A stretch of 20,000 nt of DNA, from the IMG/VR virus record IMGVR_UViG_3300047323_000263, one strand, 5' to 3'. How positions within the stretch are numbered: position 1 is the first letter of the stretch; every line of letters begins with the position of its first letter. Origin of the DNA: an uncultured virus (IMG/VR IMGVR_UViG_3300047323_000263). Its lineage: Duplodnaviria > Heunggongvirae > Uroviricota > Caudoviricetes > Schitoviridae. Positions 14,802 to 20,000 of the stretch are shown here, piece by piece. The notes under the pieces are model-generated. The model saw nothing but the letters and a program-made list of their open reading frames with translations. It made no database searches and was not told the DNA's origin. Both the position numbers and the translations under genes were made by a program.

Positions 14802-15619
14802 ACTGTGAGTTCCTCGTTCTTGAACTCGATCACTGCCTTATTCCAAGGTGTGCCTTGGTAATTAGCATGATGACCTTGGCAGTATGTGCGGCCGCGTTTG
14901 CAGTAGCGGTGGTCGAAGTGGAACTCATTGTCATGCTTGATGAGTGTGGTGATGACTTCCCTCGCGGTGCGGTCGTACTTCTCGAATGCGCGCTTGCGCT
15001 TCTCGAAGTCGCCCGGCTCATCGTCTTCCTTGGCTCGGTCAAGGCCCCTCCATTTGTTCTTGATCATCGTTGCAGTGTCGAGGTTGACGCTGAACTTGAT
15101 CTTGTTCATCCGGTTGATGTGGTCCAGACACACATCATCTTCGTGGTGGTTGTTGCGCAGGATCACGCTGTTATTGTTCAGGAGATACCCTGACTGGTCG
15201 TTGCGCGTGAGGTGCTTGGGCGGCACGACCATCGGCAGCGGATACTGGAAGCGGTCGAGCTCGGCCTGCACATCGTCCGCGATCTCCGCCTTGACGATGA
15301 ACTGCTTGACCGTGCCCCGTTCCATGTAATCCACCAGGTCGATGTCCACGGCCTTGAGGATCCAGTCGGCGCATTCCTGCGCGCTCTTGCAGTGGTGGCG
15401 CAGCGTGCCGATGAGGGTCGGCAGGTCGCAGCGCTTGTGCAGCGCCATCTGGACCAGCAGGTCGATCGTGAACTTCTCGGGCAGCCCGTGATGGCGGCCA
15501 TAGGCACGCAGGTCCGCGTCCTTGAAGTTCTCGAACTCCGCACGCATGCGCGGCATGAGCTGGTTCTTGCTGAACAGAGCTTCGAGCTCTTCCTGATGCT
15601 GCTTCTTCGCGTCTTGCAT
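14798..15619 (-). CDS. N4-like RNA polymerase II subunit 1 (RNAP1, gp15-like)
   Basis: 273 aa; LFSKNQLMPR, QYPLPMVVPP, DVCLDHIN and HRYCKRGRTYCQG (T7-type DxRGRxY, here with C for D). Confidence 0.93.
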   Translation of the reverse strand: MQDAKKQHQEELEALFSKNQLMPRMRAEFENFKDADLRAYGRHHGLPEKFTIDLLVQMALHKRCDLPTLIGTLRHHCKSAQECADWILKAVDIDLVDYMERGTVKQFIVKAEIADDVQAELDRFQYPLPMVVPPKHLTRNDQSGYLLNNNSVILRNNHHEDDVCLDHINRMNKIKFSVNLDTATMIKNKWRGLDRAKEDDEPGDFEKRKRAFEKYDRTAREVITTLIKHDNEFHFDHRYCKRGRTYCQGHHANYQGTPWNKAVIEFKNEELTV

Positions 15620-15630
15620 CGTGTGTCTCC

Positions 15631-15843
15631 TTAGACCGTGAGTTCTTCAAACGTGACCGTGCGCTTCATCATCCGGACGGTGGGATGCACGCCCGGTCGC
15701 TTGTTGCGGGCCTCGAGCCACTTCTTGGCCTCGGCCGGCGTGCTGAACGAGTGGATCAGGTGGTTTCCCTGACTCACGAGCACGACCTGCTCTTGCTTCA
15801 GAAACTGTTCGCCCATTGTTTTGGCGATGGTGCGCGTCAGCAT
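15631..15843 (-). CDS. small hypothetical protein
   Basis: 70 aa, GGAGG SD, TAATG coupling. Confidence 0.72.
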   Translation of the reverse strand: MLTRTIAKTMGEQFLKQEQVVLVSQGNHLIHSFSTPAEAKKWLEARNKRPGVHPTVRMMKRTVTFEELTV

Positions 15844-16019
15844 TACGCTTCCTCCTTGAATTCGAGCTTGCAGCTCCCTTCACAGTTTTGACAGAACGCT
15901 TCGTCGAACGTCTGGGACAGATCCCATTCCTGGTCTTCCATGTTCCAGATCGCCCATGCGTCGCGCATTACGTTGTCGCTGCCGCAGTCGGTACAGACGG
16001 GTCTGAGCAGAGCGGCCAT
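15843..16019 (-). CDS. 58-aa Zn-ribbon protein (CTDC...CQNC)
   Basis: Manual ORF: MAALLRPVCTDCGSDNVMRDAWAIWNMEDQEWDLSQTFDEAFCQNCEGSCKLEFKEEA. Confidence 0.72.
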   Translation of the reverse strand: MAALLRPVCTDCGSDNVMRDAWAIWNMEDQEWDLSQTFDEAFCQNCEGSCKLEFKEEA

Positions 16020-16020
16020 G

Positions 16021-16416
16021 TCAGAACGTTCCCCAGTACTTGGGCTTGTGGATGCCGTCTTGCATGTGCTTCACCCACGCTTCGTCGAAGTACAGGTTGG
16101 ACGGTCCCCACATGAACATGAACGAGATGTCCTCGTCCTTCAGGCCAGCCAGGCCGCAGCCGATGCGGGTCACGTGGAACTCCAGATCCGGATTGCCCTT
16201 CGCGTAGGCCATGAAGCCCTTCACGTAGTCCCGGATCGTGGCGAGTGGCAGCGTCTCGATGTTGCGGTCCTTGGTGGGGATGGCGAACGAGCTGCCGTAG
16301 TGGCCATAACCCATGCCCCAACGGGCACCGTGGTTCTTGTATGCGTCCTTGGCAGCGCCTGCGCCGTGAACGCCGGCTTCATTGGAGCCGAATACGAAGA
16401 TGGGCTTCGATTTCAT
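16021..16416 (-). CDS. phage protein with macro-domain-like motifs (IFVFGSN family)
   Basis: IFVFGSNEAGVHGAGAA...FAIPTK...FHVTRIGCGLAG; the Gly-rich loops resemble macrodomain ADP-ribose-binding loops. Confidence 0.75.
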   Translation of the reverse strand: MKSKPIFVFGSNEAGVHGAGAAKDAYKNHGARWGMGYGHYGSSFAIPTKDRNIETLPLATIRDYVKGFMAYAKGNPDLEFHVTRIGCGLAGLKDEDISFMFMWGPSNLYFDEAWVKHMQDGIHKPKYWGTF

Positions 16417-16529
16417 GATTTCCTGTGCGGTTTGAGTTCGACGGTGTAATCGTTTTGAACGCAGTGCAGGGCAGGGCAGAAGATCTGCACCAGCCAGCAA
16501 ACGAGTTTGTCCAGCAGGTGCGTCTTCAT
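16413..16529 (-). CDS. 38-aa hypothetical peptide
   Basis: Manual ORF filling the gap, ATGA overlap with the next gene. Confidence 0.45.
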   Translation of the reverse strand: MKTHLLDKLVCWLVQIFCPALHCVQNDYTVELKPHRKS

Positions 16530-16536
16530 GGCGTGC

Positions 16537-16935
16537 CTACCCCTGAGTCACGATCCACTCATTGAGAATGGTGGCGAGCGCTCTCGCCTGGTTGATGTCG
16601 GTATTGGCGAAGGTGTCGCGCAATGTGAGGTTGTGCTGCTTGGTCATCTCATAGAGCTCGAGCAGCGCAGTGCCGTTGTGCAGCGCCCAGATGCGCCAGA
16701 GGCTCAGGTACATCTGCCAGAGGTGGTCATCCGGATACGGGAAGATGGGAGGCTTGCCCTTGCCGAGCTTCCAGTTGTAGCCACCGATGTCATAGCCTTT
16801 CACGTCGCACTGATACCACTGCTCGATGGTGCGGCCATCAGGCATCTTGGCGAACAGCGCACTGAAGCGCTTGTCACCAAGCGTGCTGCATTCGAAACCG
16901 ATGGCACCCTTGCCACCTTCCCATTTGATCTTCAT
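16537..16935 (-). CDS. hypothetical protein, possibly NADAR-like
   Basis: FECSTLGDKRFSALFAKMPDGRTIEQWYQCDVKG resembles the ExSS...SA...xExxYQxxK pattern of NADAR proteins. The CDS is well supported; the family is tentative. Confidence 0.6.
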   Translation of the reverse strand: MKIKWEGGKGAIGFECSTLGDKRFSALFAKMPDGRTIEQWYQCDVKGYDIGGYNWKLGKGKPPIFPYPDDHLWQMYLSLWRIWALHNGTALLELYEMTKQHNLTLRDTFANTDINQARALATILNEWIVTQG

Positions 16936-16957
16936 GGAGTTCTTCTTCTCTTTGTTG

Positions 16958-17254
16958 TTAGGGTTGTTGAGTTACCTGTTTGATCAACTCGATCACAGCA
17001 TTCCCGCGGAAATCTTTGTTCCGATTGGGTACAACGATGCGAACCATCAACTGTCCTGCGCTGACAGCCTCGACAATCGCGGCAATCTCTTGCGCAACCT
17101 TGTCGTCTGTCTGTACAGCGTCATAGAGCCAGTCGATGTACTCCTCTTTGGGACAGTCCCGAAACAAAACACTGCCAGGCAACACATCAAAGTACTTTCT
17201 GTTGGGCCAACGGCCCTCAGTCACGGAGATCGTGAACGGATCGTTACTTTTCAT
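16958..17254 (-). CDS. hypothetical protein
   Basis: 98 aa from ATG 17254, just downstream of a hairpin promoter candidate. Confidence 0.65.
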   Translation of the reverse strand: MKSNDPFTISVTEGRWPNRKYFDVLPGSVLFRDCPKEEYIDWLYDAVQTDDKVAQEIAAIVEAVSAGQLMVRIVVPNRNKDFRGNAVIELIKQVTQQP

Positions 17255-17270
17255 AGGAGGTTGAGACTCA

Positions 17271-17288
17271 CAAACGCGGCGTAGCCGC
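17271..17288 (-). promoter_or_regulatory. candidate virion-RNAP hairpin promoter
   Basis: Template (+) strand reads C-AAAC-GCGGC-GTA-GCCGC, an identical hairpin to 19160-19172. Confidence 0.7.
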
Positions 17289-17295
17289 ACAAGAA

Positions 17296-17532
17296 TCAGC
17301 GGAGAGTGCATTCCGTCTGAGGCCATTCATCGCCGTCTTCATCGACCACGATGCGTGTCTCGGCGCCCAGCACGAGGAGCGTGCGCGTGGACTGGCTGTC
17401 CCAGTCGACATTGCTGCCGCCCTGGTAGATGGGATCGCCGCATTCGCTCCAGCCGGTGGTGTTGGCCACGGCTCTCACGGTTTCGGCGGTGCCGACGATC
17501 AGCTTGTCGTTGGGTGCGTAGAGTTGTTTCAT
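17296..17532 (-). CDS. hypothetical protein
   Basis: 78 aa from ATG 17532 (ATGA overlap). Confidence 0.7.
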   Translation of the reverse strand: MKQLYAPNDKLIVGTAETVRAVANTTGWSECGDPIYQGGSNVDWDSQSTRTLLVLGAETRIVVDEDGDEWPQTECTLR

Positions 17533-17891
17533 GGTTGTGTGCTCTTCGGTGCGAGTGGGTGTGGCCATTGCGCTTTGGGATCGGTCGGATCCCACGCTGG
17601 TGTCGTGTCAGTCATGCGATACACGTCGACGAGGTTGGTCGGGATGACCTTGTAGAGCGAATTCGAGGTTTCGAACTCGCCCTTGATGATGTCGACGCGG
17701 ACAATTCGAGAGCTGGTGTATCGATCGGCGGCCCTGAGATGGCCCTCGGAATCGACGACCGACTCGAAGTCCAGCACGAAGTAGTCGTCGGCATTCGAAT
17801 AGCCGAGGTTGGTGCGGTGGTGCGAGTCGGAGACGTGCTTGATCTCCACGTTCGTGATGAAACGAACGGGCTTTTTCTTTTCTTGGCTCAT
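17529..17891 (-). CDS. hypothetical protein
   Basis: 120 aa ORF in the early gene array. Confidence 0.7.
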   Translation of the reverse strand: MSQEKKKPVRFITNVEIKHVSDSHHRTNLGYSNADDYFVLDFESVVDSEGHLRAADRYTSSRIVRVDIIKGEFETSNSLYKVIPTNLVDVYRMTDTTPAWDPTDPKAQWPHPLAPKSTQP

Positions 17892-17949
17892 GTGAGGAGT
17901 CCTATGCAGGACGCGAGGAGAGGGACAGCGGCAGCTGTCGCTCTACGAG

Positions 17950-18495
17950 CTAGGCCGCTTTCCGGTTTAGCTCGAGTTGAGCATCCACAAAATCAGACAT
18001 CGCGGTCTGGTCTTCGACAAATCCGATGTTGAATGACGGAATGCCATAGAGCGAAGCGAGTCGCACGGCATTGCCTGTCCCGCCTTGCGGTTGCTTCTGC
18101 TGGGACCAGTAGGCGACGAACTGCACCGGATCACCGAGATCGTGGCCGAGGATGATGGCGACGTTGCGCATCATCAGCTTCTTGCCACCGTTGCTCAGTC
18201 CATCCCAGTACGGGTGTGACATCTTCGCAACAGCTTCGAGTTCGTCGGTGTAGGGACACACAGCGTAGCTGCGTCCATCCGGAGACTTTGCGTTGAATCC
18301 ATCCCAGGGCAGATAGATCTCACGGGCAGCCGGCACATGGCCTGCCTCCCATGCCTGGTCTGCGCCTTGGGCGTAACCGGAGCGCACCATCCAGCCGAGA
18401 TGATCGAGCTGTCGTGCGATGTCAACGATCCCCTCACACACTTCGAGAGGGGTTTGACGCGGGCCGATACCCGCATATTTGAGCGTCTTGGGCAT
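17950..18495 (-). CDS. SLOG-superfamily (DprA/Smf-like Rossmann fold) phage protein
   Basis: YAGIGPRQTP...VRSGYAQGADQAWE...IYLPW...RNVAIILG...GGTGNAVRLA...IPSFN. Confidence 0.8.
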   Translation of the reverse strand: MPKTLKYAGIGPRQTPLEVCEGIVDIARQLDHLGWMVRSGYAQGADQAWEAGHVPAAREIYLPWDGFNAKSPDGRSYAVCPYTDELEAVAKMSHPYWDGLSNGGKKLMMRNVAIILGHDLGDPVQFVAYWSQQKQPQGGTGNAVRLASLYGIPSFNIGFVEDQTAMSDFVDAQLELNRKAA

Positions 18496-18573
18496 ATTCG
18501 TGGCGTTTAGGTGCGATCAGTCCAAATGGGCCTATCCACGGCAACTTAGAGTTTGGGTGCCAGTGGGCTATCA

Positions 18574-18591
18574 TTAGAACTATGTTTGAGG
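18574..18591. promoter_or_regulatory. conserved 18-bp motif copy E, opposite orientation (TTAGA-ACTATG-TTTGAGG)
   Basis: Exact reverse-complement match; forms an inverted repeat with a half copy at 18612-18618. Confidence 0.7.
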
Positions 18592-18630
18592 AAGCCGGAT
18601 AGTACCAGCTTCCTCAAACTTATGTTGCGT

Positions 18631-19077
18631 TTACGACTGGTCAGCCGTTTCGTTGCTCGACGGCACCTTGGCAGTGCGGAAGTCGATGTTCACCGCGAAC
18701 TTGTTGCGGTTGTCGACCGGCACGTGCTCTTCAGCGCGCACACGGCGGAGCTGGATCTGGAAGTCGAATACCGCATCCTGACCCGGAGCCAACTGCTTGG
18801 CCTGCTCCAACATCTGCTCCCAGAGGCTGTTTCGCGCAGCCTGAAGCATGCGGAAATCCTCGTTGCTGGATTTCGTCGACAACGCGTCGATCGTGTCGAG
18901 CGGGATGCCGACCGGCAGCGAGACGAACAAGTCCTCGCCGTCCTTACCAGCACCCGGCGCGTTGTAACCAACGTTCAGCCAGAACTCCGCAGGCGGCTTC
19001 GGCTGTTTGCCGTTGCCGTATGCCGGCTGCTGGGTTTGTTGTGCGCCGAACGGGGAGTTGAATTTCAATTGAGCCAT
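18631..19077 (-). CDS. ssDNA-binding RNAP II transcription activator (N4 gp2 / Drc-like)
   Basis: 148 aa from ATG 19077; EFWLNVGY...FVSLPVGIPLD...ARNSL...LAPG...IQLRRV matches the N4 gp2 family pattern as I recall it. Confidence 0.82.
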   Translation of the reverse strand: MAQLKFNSPFGAQQTQQPAYGNGKQPKPPAEFWLNVGYNAPGAGKDGEDLFVSLPVGIPLDTIDALSTKSSNEDFRMLQAARNSLWEQMLEQAKQLAPGQDAVFDFQIQLRRVRAEEHVPVDNRNKFAVNIDFRTAKVPSSNETADQS

Positions 19078-19154
19078 GATGACCTCTGTCCTTTTCGAAG
19101 GGTTGTGAGAGAAAGTAGCGACGATCGGACTAGGAACTCCCCAGTCCAACCCGC

Positions 19155-19172
19155 CAAAAGCGGCGTAGCCGC
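19155..19172 (-). promoter_or_regulatory. candidate virion-RNAP hairpin promoter
   Basis: Template (+) strand reads C-AAAA-GCGGC-GTA-GCCGC: 5-bp stem, 3-nt loop, 4-nt A-rich spacer to C(+1), the N4 early promoter geometry. Confidence 0.75.
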
Positions 19173-19275
19173 CATGCTGCAAAGACCGCACACACTCCTT
19201 GTGAGAGAGTGGAAGTGCATGCGAAATGGTGCGAGGAGCCGGCGAAGCCGGCGACGAAGCGTTCGGATCTCGGAT

Positions 19276-19671
19276 CTATGCACCGAGCTCGAATCGAGCA
19301 ACCAGTGCCTGACGCCACTTGACCGAGCGGATCATGGCCTGGATGTGACCAAGCCGACACTCGTGCTCGATGTCCTCGAGTGCCTCGAGCTTGAGCACGG
19401 AGAACTCGCTGTTGTACCCGGAGACAATGCTGAAGTGCTCATTGAGTCCGCGGATCGCGGCGTCACGAACCCAGCGAATATCAGTCTCGTCCCGAGCCTC
19501 GAGCAGTGCTTCCTTGGTGCGCTCGATGAGCTTGGCGCACTTGGCCCGAAGCTCACGCAGAATGGTGAACTCCGGTGCCGGCTCCGGCAGGTTGATCACC
19601 AACGGCTGCGGTTGCATTGCCGGCAAGGATTTGCCGAGGGATTGCAGGTGCTCGAAGAGGCGATTGCCCAT
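19276..19671 (-). CDS. hypothetical early protein
   Basis: 131 aa, AAGGAG SD. Confidence 0.72.
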   Translation of the reverse strand: MGNRLFEHLQSLGKSLPAMQPQPLVINLPEPAPEFTILRELRAKCAKLIERTKEALLEARDETDIRWVRDAAIRGLNEHFSIVSGYNSEFSVLKLEALEDIEHECRLGHIQAMIRSVKWRQALVARFELGA

Positions 19672-19682
19672 GATGTAGCTCC

Positions 19683-19934
19683 TTATTTGCGGGTGAATTG
19701 GTTACGCACGAATGCCAGGCCAAGACGGAACTCACGTTCCTCACGCTCCACGTTCTCGACGTGTTGCAGATAGGCAGCGCCCCAACAAATGCAGGCGCAG
19801 AGGATGCCGAGTGCATCGCTCCATTGATTGAACGGACGTGCAATGCAGGCCAGGATGGCCAGCGCATACAGGAAGAATCCGAATCCCGTTGCGATCAGGA
19901 ATGCGATCGTGAAGCCGCCCATGAACTTGTTCAT
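19683..19934 (-). CDS. small membrane protein (2 TM segments)
   Basis: 83 aa from ATG 19934, two hydrophobic stretches, GAGG SD. Confidence 0.68.
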   Translation of the reverse strand: MNKFMGGFTIAFLIATGFGFFLYALAILACIARPFNQWSDALGILCACICWGAAYLQHVENVEREEREFRLGLAFVRNQFTRK

Positions 19935-19946
19935 GATGGTGTTTTT

Positions 19947-19964
19947 CCTCAAAGTTATTTCTAA
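19947..19964. promoter_or_regulatory. conserved 18-bp motif copy G (CCTCAAA-GTTATT-TCTAA)
   Basis: Exact match, 17/18 identical to copy C; overlaps the SD of the membrane protein gene. Confidence 0.72.
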
Positions 19965-20000
19965 TGATGAATGTGAAAAAGGACCGGAGAGATTTCCCTG

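Larger units (their letters stand above)
1..20000 (-). mobile_element. N4-like (Schitoviridae) phage genome segment, early and middle regions, carrying a plasmid replicon
   Basis: Co-oriented N4 hallmark genes in N4-like order: gp2-like SSB, RNAP1, RNAP2, HNH, AAA ATPase, vWA-metallopeptidase, dCTP deaminase, ThyX, rIIA. Dense small ORFs with overlapping stop and start codons. Confidence 0.95.

Noticed and set aside
18261..18271. CAGC-GTA-GCTG hairpin resembling the vRNAP promoter
   Set aside because: Only a 4-bp stem, inside the SLOG gene, and lacking the conserved GCGGC stem.
18553..19773. 406-aa plus-strand ORF starting near the inverted motif copy
   Set aside because: Spans three well-supported minus-strand genes and a hairpin promoter, has a TTG start without a clear SD, and shows no protein-like motifs.
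19976..20000. Probable terminator (A-tract followed by one arm of a GC stem) at the window edge
   Set aside because: The second arm is cut off by the window end, so it cannot be confirmed.

Overview
The whole window is part of an N4-like phage genome (Schitoviridae), with nearly all genes on the minus strand. Reading right to left it holds early genes (an N4 gp2/Drc-like ssDNA-binding transcription activator, plus SLOG-like, NADAR-like and macro-like proteins), the split RNA polymerase II (RNAP1 14798-15619, RNAP2 10234-11445), an HNH protein, an AAA ATPase with a vWA-metallopeptidase, dCTP deaminase, ThyX and the 5' end of rIIA. The standout feature lies between the two RNAP II subunit genes: a complete-looking low-copy plasmid maintenance cassette. 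It has a short type Ib ParA, a ribbon-helix-helix partner, two 4-bp-periodic centromere-like arrays, a small wHTH gene, an iteron origin (DnaA box, 4 iterons, AT-rich tract, a fifth iteron over the rep start) and a Rep_3-family initiator. This suggests an N4-like phage that can persist as a plasmid. An 18-bp motif, CCTCAAA-N6-TCTAA, occurs 5 times exactly and once with one mismatch, at or next to intergenic sites, and twice overlaps sigma70-like promoters; it may be a repressor operator or a phage promoter element. Two identical GCGGC-GTA-GCCGC hairpins have the geometry of N4 virion-RNAP promoters. Protein family calls come from motif recognition only; no database searches were run.
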